DNA from: Ruminococcaceae bacterium UBA1767
Lineage (GTDB): Bacteria > Bacillota > Clostridia > Oscillospirales > Acutalibacteraceae
Assembly (NCBI GenBank): GCA_002315505.1
Contig: DCGX01000057.1
Coordinates: 2,240-66,239 of the forward strand
Reading direction: 5' to 3'
DNA length: 64,000 nucleotides
Position 1 is the stretch's first letter; every line of letters begins with the position of its first letter. Shown piece after piece: positions 1 through 10,731 of this stretch. The notes beneath the pieces were generated by a model. It was not told where the DNA came from. It searched no databases and worked only from the letters and a program-made list of their open reading frames with translations. A program made the position numbers and the translations under genes.

Positions 1-1
1 A

Positions 2-1249
2 TGCAAGCTGAATATTTGCGAGCATTCTACAGATAATATTATTTCACAAATAAAGCTGCTCGAAAGCAAGACTCTTTCGTCTGCGGTACTTAACACTTTA
101 CAGGGCGCTTCTCCCCTCACCTGCCGTGAGTTGTGCGGAGAACATGCGGAGCTTCATGTTGATGAGGTAAGTGAAAAAGGCTTTGAAGCATTGAGCAACA
201 ATCTTGATTTACTTCGTGAAATTGTTACAAACGGCAGCGGTATTCCGTTTATGCTCAAGGACAAGGACAAAAAGCCATTTGACTTTTCATTCATGGAAAT
301 AAAGCAATACGGCAGTAAATACACTCCCGAGGTAAAAACCAGTTTTTCCGAGTTGCTTGATGAATTTTATTTTGAATGTGACCGAATCGAAAGAACGAGG
401 CAAAAGGGACACGACCTTGTAAAACTGCTCGAATCCGCTGTTTCAAGGACTTCAAAAAAGCTCGATTTAAGACGGGCCGAATTAAAAAACTGTGCAGACA
501 GGGAAAAGCTCAGAATAAGTGCCGAGCTGATAAATGCAAACCTTTACAGACTTGAAAAGGGTGCACTTTTCTATGACCTTGAGAATTACTACGACAACAA
601 CAATATAATGAGAATCAAGGCCGACCCTTCAAAAAGTCCATCGGCTAATGCTCAAAAGTATTTTAAGGATTATCGAAAGGCAAAAACTGCCGAGCAATTA
701 CTCGTTGGATTTATTGCGGAGGGCGAACAGGAATTAGCCTATCTTGAAACTGTTGCGGACTCTCTCGACAGAGCAAGCACACAAGCCGAAATTGACGAAA
801 TACGAAACGAGCTTGCAATAAGCGGATTTGTCAGAAATCGCACCAAGGTCAATTCTAAAACAATTAAGACTCTGCCACCGATGGAATACCGGACAAGCGA
901 CGGTTTTCGTGTTCTCGTCGGTAGAAACAATATCCAGAATGACAGGCTTTCGCTGAAAACAGCGGCAAAAAATGATATGTGGTTACATACGCAGAAAATT
1001 CCCGGTTCTCACGTCATTATCGTCAGTGACAATCGTGAAATCAGCGATGATGCGATTGTTGAAGCCGCTGAAATCGCTGCATACCACAGCAAAGCCCGTT
1101 TCGCAAAGTTAGTTCCCGTTGATTACACACCGGTAAAAAATCTCAAGAAACCGCAGGGTGCTCCTCCGGGAAAGGTTATTTACCACGTGTATTATTCAGT
1201 AAATGTTACTCCTGAGAAAATAAAAGTCGACGAAAAAGAAGTGAAATGA
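2..1249 (+). CDS. rqcH: RqcH / NFACT-family ribosome quality-control protein (fibronectin-binding protein A-like); 5' end lies outside the window
   Basis: The frame is open from nt 2, with no stop before the TTG the ORF track uses at 131. C-terminal NFACT-R/DUF814-type signature: WLHTQKIPGSHVIIV...AAEIAAYHSKAR...YTPVKNLKKP. Confidence 0.7.
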   Translation, partial: CKLNICEHSTDNIISQIKLLESKTLSSAVLNTLQGASPLTCRELCGEHAELHVDEVSEKGFEALSNNLDLLREIVTNGSGIPFMLKDKDKKPFDFSFMEIKQYGSKYTPEVKTSFSELLDEFYFECDRIERTRQKGHDLVKLLESAVSRTSKKLDLRRAELKNCADREKLRISAELINANLYRLEKGALFYDLENYYDNNNIMRIKADPSKSPSANAQKYFKDYRKAKTAEQLLVGFIAEGEQELAYLETVADSLDRASTQAEIDEIRNELAISGFVRNRTKVNSKTIKTLPPMEYRTSDGFRVLVGRNNIQNDRLSLKTAAKNDMWLHTQKIPGSHVIIVSDNREISDDAIVEAAEIAAYHSKARFAKLVPVDYTPVKNLKKPQGAPPGKVIYHVYYSVNVTPEKIKVDEKEVK

Positions 1250-1260
1250 AATAAAAAATA

Positions 1261-1289
1261 TTGAAAAAATTCTTCACTAATGCTATAAT
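1261..1289 (+). promoter_or_regulatory. sigma-A type promoter for the acyl-CoA synthetase gene
   Basis: TTGAAA (1261-1266), 17-nt spacer, TGc-TATAAT (-10 at 1284-1289). Followed by the palindrome AAGAATATTCTT (1291-1302). Confidence 0.6.
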
Positions 1290-1319
1290 GAAGAATATTC
1301 TTGCTCAGGAGATGAGTTT

Positions 1320-3056
1320 ATGAAAAAGAATAAGTATCCATTATATGATGTTGAGTCTGTATCTTCAATTAAAGAAATGATGGAATTAGCCGTCAAAGAA
1401 GCAGGCGAAAAAATAGCTTATAAGTATAAAATAAATGACGAGGTTAAAGAGGCTACTTTTTCCGAATTTGTGAATACTGTAGCAACTCTCGGTGCTTTTC
1501 TGCACGCTAACGAGTTATCGGACAAGCATATTGCCTGCATCGGTAACAATTCATACAAATGGATTGTTACTTATCTCACAGCGTTAAGAGGCAGTGGCGT
1601 TTTTGTGCCGATTGACAAGGAGCTGCCCGAAAAAGATATTCTTCACGTTATCAGGGACAGCGAAAGCAGTGTTGTCTTCTACGATAAAAAGCATGAAGAA
1701 ACACTTATGAAAAACGCAGATGAGCTTGAAAATGTCAAGTATTTCATCGGCTTTGACAGGGACGAAAGTGACGGGAAGTTTCTCTCCTTTGACAGTGTTA
1801 TGGAGGTTTCCGATGACCTTGACAAAGAGCCTTTCCTTAATGAAACCACAAACCCCAACGAGTTGAAATTGCTCGTATATACCTCGGGTACAACAGGAAA
1901 TTCAAAGGGTGTTATGCTCTCTGAGCATAATCTTATTTCAAGTGTTTATTACGGCTTGATGGTTTCAACAATTTATGACACAGGTCTTTCACTCTTGCCG
2001 TATCATCACACCTATGAGGCTGTAAGTGACATCCTTGTTTCATTCCATCATCATTCTACTCTTTGCATTAACGAAAGTCTTACGGCAATTCTCAAAAATT
2101 TAGTGGTTTACAAGCCATCATATATTTATATTGTTCCTGCAATAGCAGAGAATATGTACAAGCGTATTCTTAAAGGAATCAAGAAGCAAGGACTCGAAGA
2201 GCAATTCAATGCCATGGTTGAAAAGAGCAACGAGCTTCGTGCTCAAGGCATCGACAAGCGCAAGGAATATTTCGGATTCATTCACGAAATGTTCGGCGGA
2301 AAGCTCCGCAAGATTGTTTGCGGCGGTGCTCCGATTCGTCCTGAGGTTGCTAAATTCTTTGACGATATCGGTCTTGACCTTATTAACGGCTATGGCATCA
2401 CGGAATGTTCTCCGCTTGTATCGGCAAACCACGATATGTACAATGATTTCCGTACAGCGGGCATCAAGCTCCCGTGTGTTGAATGGCGTATTGACGAACC
2501 GAATGAAGAAGGAATCGGTGAAATCTGCGTCAAGGGCGATATTGTAATGATAGGCTATTACAAACAGCCCGAGCTTACAGAGGAAGCAATTCGTGACGGA
2601 TGGTTCTATACAGGAGATTACGGCTACATCAATGAGCAGGACCAGCTTGTTATTTCGGGAAGAAAGAAAAACGTTATCGTTCTCAACAACGGTAAGAATA
2701 TCTATCCCGAAGAGATTGAAGGCTACATTCAGAACATTGATTATGTTAACGAGGTTATCGTAAGCGGCGAAATGGATGACGAGGGTAACGAAAGCTCTCT
2801 GACCGCCGAAGTTTTCCTCGGTGAAGAAAAGAAAACTCCTGCAGAAGTTCTTAAAAACATTAAGAAAGCCTGCGTAGAGCTTCCGATTTACAAACAGATT
2901 TCAAAGGTTGTTATCCGTGACAAGGAATTCCCGAAAACAAGCTCGAATAAAATTAAAAGATTTATCAGCGACAAAAAGAACAATGCGACCGAAAAACATA
3001 TTGCTCACAAAGAGAAGAAAGAGAAAGAAAAATCCGAAAAAACCGATGATGAATAA
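1320..3056 (+). CDS. AMP-dependent synthetase/ligase (long-chain fatty-acid--CoA ligase-like) with a Lys/Glu-rich C-terminal tail
   Basis: AMP-binding motif YTSGTTGNSKGVMLSEHN, GYGITE, YTGDYGY, final SSNKIKR lysine motif. GGAG RBS before the ATG. Confidence 0.8.
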   Translation: MKKNKYPLYDVESVSSIKEMMELAVKEAGEKIAYKYKINDEVKEATFSEFVNTVATLGAFLHANELSDKHIACIGNNSYKWIVTYLTALRGSGVFVPIDKELPEKDILHVIRDSESSVVFYDKKHEETLMKNADELENVKYFIGFDRDESDGKFLSFDSVMEVSDDLDKEPFLNETTNPNELKLLVYTSGTTGNSKGVMLSEHNLISSVYYGLMVSTIYDTGLSLLPYHHTYEAVSDILVSFHHHSTLCINESLTAILKNLVVYKPSYIYIVPAIAENMYKRILKGIKKQGLEEQFNAMVEKSNELRAQGIDKRKEYFGFIHEMFGGKLRKIVCGGAPIRPEVAKFFDDIGLDLINGYGITECSPLVSANHDMYNDFRTAGIKLPCVEWRIDEPNEEGIGEICVKGDIVMIGYYKQPELTEEAIRDGWFYTGDYGYINEQDQLVISGRKKNVIVLNNGKNIYPEEIEGYIQNIDYVNEVIVSGEMDDEGNESSLTAEVFLGEEKKTPAEVLKNIKKACVELPIYKQISKVVIRDKEFPKTSSNKIKRFISDKKNNATEKHIAHKEKKEKEKSEKTDDE

Positions 3057-3061
3057 AAAAC

Positions 3062-3090
3062 AGCAGATGTCTGAATTCCAGGCATCTGCT
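3062..3090. terminator. bidirectional rho-independent terminator between convergent genes
   Basis: AGCAGATG...CATCTGCT 8-bp stem, A-run upstream and T-rich tract downstream. Confidence 0.6.
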
Positions 3091-3116
3091 TAATTTTATT
3101 TACGTTTTGATTATTA

Positions 3117-4547
3117 TTAATCCTTGTTATTAAAAATCACCTTGACGGAAATTCCGAATTCCTCAAAAAATGCTCTGATTTCAAGAAAAAGCCTTGTGAA
3201 ATAATCAGCAACTGTATTATCAGCCCCCGGATGACCGCCCTCATTCGTTGTCTTATTGATTGTGAATGTGTGCAACGGCTCATCATCATCAATTTCATAC
3301 GAATTAATTGTAATCGAATCCTCTGTGAAATCAACAATATTATAAATCGGCCGGTCGGACACATATGCAAACGCATTCTGCTCACAAACAGGAATATCGT
3401 ATGTGCTCTCGTCACCTCTCGGATGATTAATTGAGCCTGAAACAAAGCAGATTGTTCCCTTTGCGTCTGTTACACTTGACTTGCCACTCAAATCATCAGC
3501 TGTTTCATTATTATAAACGGCATTTGACATTGAATAGTAGTGACTGTGACCGAGGAAAGCAATATCAATTCCGAAATCATCGAAAATATCGCTGAATGTC
3601 GGACGACGATTTTCGTTTGCATCCTCAAGTCTGCCTTCGGTAAGTCTGCCGTACATATCATGATGCATTACAGCTACTCGCCATTTAACATCCGGATTTG
3701 CCTTTACCGCTGACTTTGCGAAGTTATAATGTGACTGTGCGGCATAGTTATTAGAGTCAAATACCATGAAAAGTACGTCACCCTTAACGTACCAATAGTC
3801 ATTACCGATATAAGATGAAATGCCCTTTTCGTACTTGTTCGGGTTATTGTTGAAATACTTGTATGCACTGCCCTTTCTGTCGTGGTTGCCGACACAAAGT
3901 GCAAACGGAACATCATTAAGTACAGTTGATGATGCAAGACTCATATACTCCTTACGAAGTCCGTATGTAGCCTGGTCACCTGATGAAATAACAAGGTCAA
4001 GTCCGTTATTTGTTTTAGCCTGTGCTTTCTTTGCTATTTCGTTGAAGGTATAAGCATGATTCATTAATGAAGCTTCGTCACCATCTTCATTATCTGAGAG
4101 GTGGATGTCGGTCACATACATTGCAGTGAACGAAGCATCGGAAAGTGTACTGAAGCTCGCTGTTTCGCTTACTTCATAATCTGTGATACACTTGTAATAA
4201 TAGGTTGTACCCGCTTCAAGTCCTGTAACAGTAACCTTATTTGAACGGTCACCCTGCGGTGTTTTTACGTATGTACCTGCGAAGCTCTTTGCGTTTGAAA
4301 AATCCTTGCTTTCGCTGATAAGTACACTGCAAGCGCCCGACTTCAACGGTGAATACCACGTAAAATTGCGCTGTGTGTCATCCGAGCCAGGTGACATAAA
4401 TACCGCACTGCCATCCTCCATATAGGATGAATAATATTCTTCCCATGCCTTGTCAGCTGTAAGAGCAAATGAGTTTAATGCCAATGAGCTTAACATCATT
4501 ATTACAGCAAGCACAACTGATAATACACGTTTAAGCAACTTTTTCAT
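3117..4547 (-). CDS. secreted metallophosphoesterase with purple-acid-phosphatase-like N-terminal domain
   Basis: Signal peptide MKKLLKRVLSVVLAVIMMLSSLALNSFA. FN3/PAP-N-like region (VTVTGLEAGTTYYYK). Calcineurin-like motifs DIH, SGDQA, GNHD, GHSH. Confidence 0.7.
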   Translation of the reverse strand: MKKLLKRVLSVVLAVIMMLSSLALNSFALTADKAWEEYYSSYMEDGSAVFMSPGSDDTQRNFTWYSPLKSGACSVLISESKDFSNAKSFAGTYVKTPQGDRSNKVTVTGLEAGTTYYYKCITDYEVSETASFSTLSDASFTAMYVTDIHLSDNEDGDEASLMNHAYTFNEIAKKAQAKTNNGLDLVISSGDQATYGLRKEYMSLASSTVLNDVPFALCVGNHDRKGSAYKYFNNNPNKYEKGISSYIGNDYWYVKGDVLFMVFDSNNYAAQSHYNFAKSAVKANPDVKWRVAVMHHDMYGRLTEGRLEDANENRRPTFSDIFDDFGIDIAFLGHSHYYSMSNAVYNNETADDLSGKSSVTDAKGTICFVSGSINHPRGDESTYDIPVCEQNAFAYVSDRPIYNIVDFTEDSITINSYEIDDDEPLHTFTINKTTNEGGHPGADNTVADYFTRLFLEIRAFFEEFGISVKVIFNNKD

Positions 4548-4562
4548 TTCAGTTCTCTCCTA

Positions 4563-6083
4563 TTATTTATTAATCAAAGAAAAAACATATTTGATGAGCT
4601 TAATAAGGTCTTCCAATGCATTAACAATCTTGTCGAAGAATGATAATGTCTGAGGAGCTGTAGTATCTGCTAAAATTGTATCGGTTTCAATATCAAACTT
4701 AAGGAACTGAGGATACTGTGAGAATGTGCTGATTGTTCCCTGTCCTTCATAATCAATAAATGTCTTTATCATTTCGTCAAGAGCATCTGAATTATAAGAA
4801 TGAGTAATATCCCTGATAAACCATGTCTGTTCAGGGAAAAGACATGTTGAAGCGTCAATGCTCTTATCAGGTGAAATGTACTTCGAATTTGCTGTTGCAA
4901 GATAATCTTCTGACAACTGCTCTCCGTAATTTGCTGTTGTTGCTCCGAAAGAAGCATACTTTGCATCGACAACGCCGTCACTGAGCGATTTGCTTGACGG
5001 AGTAAGCGGCAATGAAGAATAGCCGTAACGAGTGATTACATAAAGATTCGCATCGTCATTGAGCTTATTGAGTGTTTCAACCTTCTTACATCTTACTGTG
5101 TTGTTATAGTTTTCTATTTTCTTTATAAGCTCGGTGTAATCGTCGTCATAGTATTCCTTAAGGTCTGTGAATACATATTCCATTGCATCGTCAATATACT
5201 CATCGGGAACCATTGCCCAGATTGTTGTCCATCTTGCGAACAAAGGAACTACGCTCTGTGCGCTTACCTTTGTGCCGATTTCTTCAAGTAGTGTGTTACC
5301 CATTGAGCAGATGATATCAAGAATTCCTGCGTCCTCCAATGTGTCAAATGCAAGATTGATAAGGTCACTGTATTCATTTGTGTCAAATGCGTACTCGAGA
5401 TACTCATTAATAGCCTCTGCATTAAGCACAAGCTGACCTCTCATAAGCTCGCTGTTATATGTTTCACCGAAAAGTGCAGGTGCGTTATATACAACTGTCT
5501 TAAGGCTCTTATCACCGTAAATAGTTGCATACGAAGTTGTTATAACACTGCCGAGGCTGTGGCATTCAATTGAAACCTGATCGCATTTTGATGCTTTCTT
5601 TACATACTCAATAAAATCATTAAGCTCACCTGCGATTTCAATCGGGTCTTTTCTCCAGTCATAGCGGAATGTAACCGAAGAATCCTCATTGATGTACTTT
5701 GCAGGCGGATATACAAAATATGTACCTGAATTATCAACAGGTTCGCCGTTTTCATCATTTTCTGCAGGTAAGAAAAGCTCATTAGCAATTACGATAAGCT
5801 GGTCTGCAAACTTGTCCCAGTCCTTCAAAGCCGCAAACTCTAAAAGTGCAGGAACAGACTGCTTGATTGCGTTTACAATGCTGTCGCTACTCGGTGGCCA
5901 GATTGCTTCTGATTCGGGGTTGTCCTTGTCTGCAAGAATTTCCGATGCCATAAATCCGGGAACATAAACCGTCGGACATTTTTTGCTTGTATCAACAGCA
6001 TTAGCAACAACTGTTACTGCCGAAAGAACAAACATTACAGTCGCCATAACTACTGCGATAATTTTTTTGAATACGTTTTTCAT
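4563..6083 (-). CDS. secreted alpha/beta-hydrolase lipase/acyltransferase, LCAT-family-like
   Basis: Signal peptide; VYVPGFMASE; YDWRKDP motif typical of the lecithin:cholesterol acyltransferase family; nucleophile elbow HSLGS. The second ATG (6083) has better GGAGG spacing than 6089. Confidence 0.6.
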   Translation of the reverse strand: MKNVFKKIIAVVMATVMFVLSAVTVVANAVDTSKKCPTVYVPGFMASEILADKDNPESEAIWPPSSDSIVNAIKQSVPALLEFAALKDWDKFADQLIVIANELFLPAENDENGEPVDNSGTYFVYPPAKYINEDSSVTFRYDWRKDPIEIAGELNDFIEYVKKASKCDQVSIECHSLGSVITTSYATIYGDKSLKTVVYNAPALFGETYNSELMRGQLVLNAEAINEYLEYAFDTNEYSDLINLAFDTLEDAGILDIICSMGNTLLEEIGTKVSAQSVVPLFARWTTIWAMVPDEYIDDAMEYVFTDLKEYYDDDYTELIKKIENYNNTVRCKKVETLNKLNDDANLYVITRYGYSSLPLTPSSKSLSDGVVDAKYASFGATTANYGEQLSEDYLATANSKYISPDKSIDASTCLFPEQTWFIRDITHSYNSDALDEMIKTFIDYEGQGTISTFSQYPQFLKFDIETDTILADTTAPQTLSFFDKIVNALEDLIKLIKYVFSLINK

Positions 6084-6132
6084 ATTCATCCTCCTTTAAA
6101 AATATATACAAAAGAGATTTCTCCCTCATATA

Positions 6133-7197
6133 TTACATATAAAATTCCTTGTACCACTTTGCGAAGGCACGAAGTCCGTCACGAAGTGATGTACTCGGCT
6201 TAAAGCCGTAATCACGCTCGAGTGCAGACGTATCTGCATATGTAACAGGCACATCACCCGGTTGCATAGGTACTAATTCCTTATGAGCTTCAAAATCATA
6301 ATCATCCGGCAAAACTCCTGCAGAAATAAGCTCCTGCTGAAGTATATCAACAAAATTGAGAAGATTTTCGGGATTGCTGTTGCCGATATTATAAACAGCA
6401 TAAGGCGGAACCGGAAGTCCGTCCTCACCTGTAAGCTTTTCGGGTGCACCCTGCATAACTCTCATTATGCCCTCGACAATGTCATCAACAAAGGTGAAAT
6501 CACGTTTACAATTTCCGTAGTTAAAAATCTGAATTTTATCACCGTTTCTTAATTTGTTTGTGAACCCGAAATATGCCATATCGGGTCTGCCTGCAGGTCC
6601 GTAAACCGTGAAGAAACGAAGTCCCGTTGACGGGATATCATAGAGCTTTGAATATGCATGTGCAAGGAGCTCGTTTGATTTCTTCGTTGCGGCATAAAGC
6701 GAAACAGGATTGTCTACCTTATCATCTGTCGAATACGGAACTTTTTTGTTTGAACCGTAAACCGATGAGCTTGAAGCATAAACCAAATGCTCAACACCCT
6801 TTTTGCCGTCGTCATATGAATGACGGCACGCCTCGAGAATATTGTAAAAGCCGATTAAATTCGACTCTATATACGCATCGGGATTTGTGATAGAATATCG
6901 CACACCTGCCTGTGCGGCAAGATTTACAACCACATCAAAGTTATATTTACCGAAAGCTTCATCTATAAGTGATTTATCGGCAATACTGCCCTTGATAAAT
7001 GTGAATTTATCGTACTTCAGCAATTCATCAAGTCGGTAATTCTTAAGACTCACATCATAATAGTCATTCATATTATCAATACCGATAACCTGTGCGGATT
7101 TCACTTCGTTAAGAATTCTTTTGCAGAGATTTGAACCGATAAATCCTGCCGCACCTGTTACAAGTATTTTTTTATTTTCAAGTGAAATTTTATTCAT
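6133..7197 (-). CDS. NAD-dependent epimerase, UDP-glucuronate 4-epimerase-like
   Basis: GAAGFIGSN Rossmann motif, YASSSSVYG, YAATK catalytic YxxxK, RFFTVYGPAGRPDMAYF hallmark block. Confidence 0.7.
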   Translation of the reverse strand: MNKISLENKKILVTGAAGFIGSNLCKRILNEVKSAQVIGIDNMNDYYDVSLKNYRLDELLKYDKFTFIKGSIADKSLIDEAFGKYNFDVVVNLAAQAGVRYSITNPDAYIESNLIGFYNILEACRHSYDDGKKGVEHLVYASSSSVYGSNKKVPYSTDDKVDNPVSLYAATKKSNELLAHAYSKLYDIPSTGLRFFTVYGPAGRPDMAYFGFTNKLRNGDKIQIFNYGNCKRDFTFVDDIVEGIMRVMQGAPEKLTGEDGLPVPPYAVYNIGNSNPENLLNFVDILQQELISAGVLPDDYDFEAHKELVPMQPGDVPVTYADTSALERDYGFKPSTSLRDGLRAFAKWYKEFYM

Positions 7198-7973
7198 ACT
7201 AAGCTCCTGTACAAATATTCTTTTGCTTCAATCAAGTCAGTTGGCTCATTGAAGCCTTTTCTGTATAATTCAATCAATGCGGTGTTATCGTATCCCGCTT
7301 TCTGAAGTTCAACAAATAATTTTTTAAAATCGTATTTTCCTTTTCCGGGAGCCATACAATCATAATTTTCGTTATAGTCACTCAGATGAACCTGTGCAAT
7401 GTTTTTGCCAAGGAGTCTGATAAAATCAAATTCGCTGTACCCTGCCCGTCTGCATTGCTTAATATCCAGCACCATTTTAAAATCTTCACCGATACAATCG
7501 GCAACTGCTTTCAGATACTCGGGATTTGCACTGAGATGTGAATTTACATTCTCCTGCGCAATGACCACTCCTTGCTCCTTTGCGGCATTATGAAGCTTTA
7601 AATAATGCTCAGCGTATTCCCCTGGAGTAAGTGAAAAGAAATCCTTGCAACCGTGAAGCACAACTATTTCCGCACCGATTTTATTAGCTGTGTCGAAATA
7701 ATGCTTATAAAATTCAACTCCGTCATCTGTTCGTCTGTCATAATTACTGAACAGCAAAACCGTTTCAAATGCCGACGAAAACGGATGGATTGAACGGATA
7801 TTCATTCCGTAATAATTCTTAATACTGCATAGCTCATCAAGAATATTTCCGCTCAATTCGCAATATGAATTAAAGAAAATCTCCGCAGTTTTTGCACCAA
7901 GCTCTCCAACCTGTCTTAACGAGTCCTCTACCTGCATAGGATAGAAGCAGGATGACGATATTCCTATTTCCAT
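7194..7973 (-). CDS. sugar phosphate isomerase/epimerase (xylose isomerase-like TIM barrel)
   Basis: About 260 aa with the AP-endonuclease-2/TIM-barrel pattern (VVLHG..., AQENV..., VHLSDY...). ATGA overlap with the downstream epimerase gene. Confidence 0.55.
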   Translation of the reverse strand: MEIGISSSCFYPMQVEDSLRQVGELGAKTAEIFFNSYCELSGNILDELCSIKNYYGMNIRSIHPFSSAFETVLLFSNYDRRTDDGVEFYKHYFDTANKIGAEIVVLHGCKDFFSLTPGEYAEHYLKLHNAAKEQGVVIAQENVNSHLSANPEYLKAVADCIGEDFKMVLDIKQCRRAGYSEFDFIRLLGKNIAQVHLSDYNENYDCMAPGKGKYDFKKLFVELQKAGYDNTALIELYRKGFNEPTDLIEAKEYLYRSLV

Positions 7974-7987
7974 CTTATCACTCCGTA

Positions 7988-8461
7988 TTATTCGTAGTAT
8001 GAAATGTCCGTTTTTTTATTATCTGACATAAATAAATCATAGCCGTCTTCTATATATTTACCGTCAGCATCTTCGGCAGCGAAACGAATGTTAAGGAACT
8101 CTTCCTGAAAAACAATTCTTTCTGCACTTGAGGGAGTGAATTTGCCTTTAATTGTAAAATCACTATCATTTAATCCGCTCACTGAAACTTTTGCAGGTTC
8201 ATTGACACAAATATAATCAGGCGAACCCTCCACACAGTATTTTAAGTAATACTCTTTTTTACCCAGGAAGTTATGAGGCCAGTTTCTTACAGTTCCGATA
8301 ATTTCATAGTCATACGAGCCGTCATCACACACGGTAATATTTACATTCTCAACATCATAAAGTACCTTATGTTGTCTGCCCCAATATGCATAAATTCCAC
8401 CATATACAATTCCGACAACCAATATAAGTATAATAAAAATTTTCAGAGCTTTTTTCTTCAT
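7988..8461 (-). CDS. hypothetical membrane-anchored protein
   Basis: AGGAG RBS before the ATG at 8461. N-terminal TM helix MKKKALKIFIILILVVGIVYGGIYAY. No recognisable motif. Confidence 0.5.
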   Translation of the reverse strand: MKKKALKIFIILILVVGIVYGGIYAYWGRQHKVLYDVENVNITVCDDGSYDYEIIGTVRNWPHNFLGKKEYYLKYCVEGSPDYICVNEPAKVSVSGLNDSDFTIKGKFTPSSAERIVFQEEFLNIRFAAEDADGKYIEDGYDLFMSDNKKTDISYYE

Positions 8462-8565
8462 ATTATTTACACTCCTGCGATACATTCAATAATACAATAT
8501 AATAGCATTATTTTCATTACAAGTAAAGTAAAATGTTATCAAATTGTTAATTTTTCCAAAAAGGG

Positions 8566-8593
8566 TTGATTTTTCCGAAAAAGTGTCTATAAT
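8566..8593 (+). promoter_or_regulatory. sigma-A promoter of groES-groEL
   Basis: TTGATT (8566-8571), 16-nt spacer, TATAAT (8588-8593). Confidence 0.65.
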
Positions 8594-8597
8594 ATAT

Positions 8598-8624
8598 TTA
8601 GCACTCAAGAGAAGAGAGTGCCAA
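8598..8624 (+). promoter_or_regulatory. CIRCE operator (HrcA binding site)
   Basis: TTAGCACTC-N9-GAGTGCCAA versus consensus TTAGCACTC-N9-GAGTGCTAA. Lies directly after the -10 and upstream of groES. Confidence 0.9.
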
Positions 8625-8651
8625 AAACATAAATTATTTATTTTTTCATAG

Positions 8652-10606
<1,955 letters not shown>

Positions 10607-10620
10607 TTAATAAATTCATC

Positions 10621-10652
10621 GCAGTACGGAGTAAAATCCGTACTGCTTTTTT
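10621..10652 (+). terminator. rho-independent terminator of groESL
   Basis: GCAGTACGGA-gtaaaa-TCCGTACTGC followed by TTTTTTG. Confidence 0.85.
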
Positions 10653-10664
10653 GTTTATCTCTAT

Positions 10665-10692
10665 TGATTTACAAGGTAAATGATGGTATACT
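10665..10692 (+). promoter_or_regulatory. sigma-A promoter upstream of murD
   Basis: TTGATT, 16-nt spacer, TGg-TATACT extended -10. Confidence 0.5.
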
Positions 10693-10731
10693 GTTATGCG
10701 GAATAATTTGATTACTCGGAGGCAATCGCAA

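Noticed and set aside
10696-10731. N-terminal extensions suggested by the ORF track for murD (10696), the dockerin protein (23630), nadK (34926), nrdD (41384), nrdG (42213), yigZ (52216), the M20 peptidase (55391), the Zn-ribbon protein (56305), atpE (18286) and the 8485 ORF.
   Set aside because: In each case a downstream ATG or GTG with a proper Shine-Dalgarno sequence matches the conserved protein N-terminus. The extension overlaps promoters, terminators or the upstream gene.
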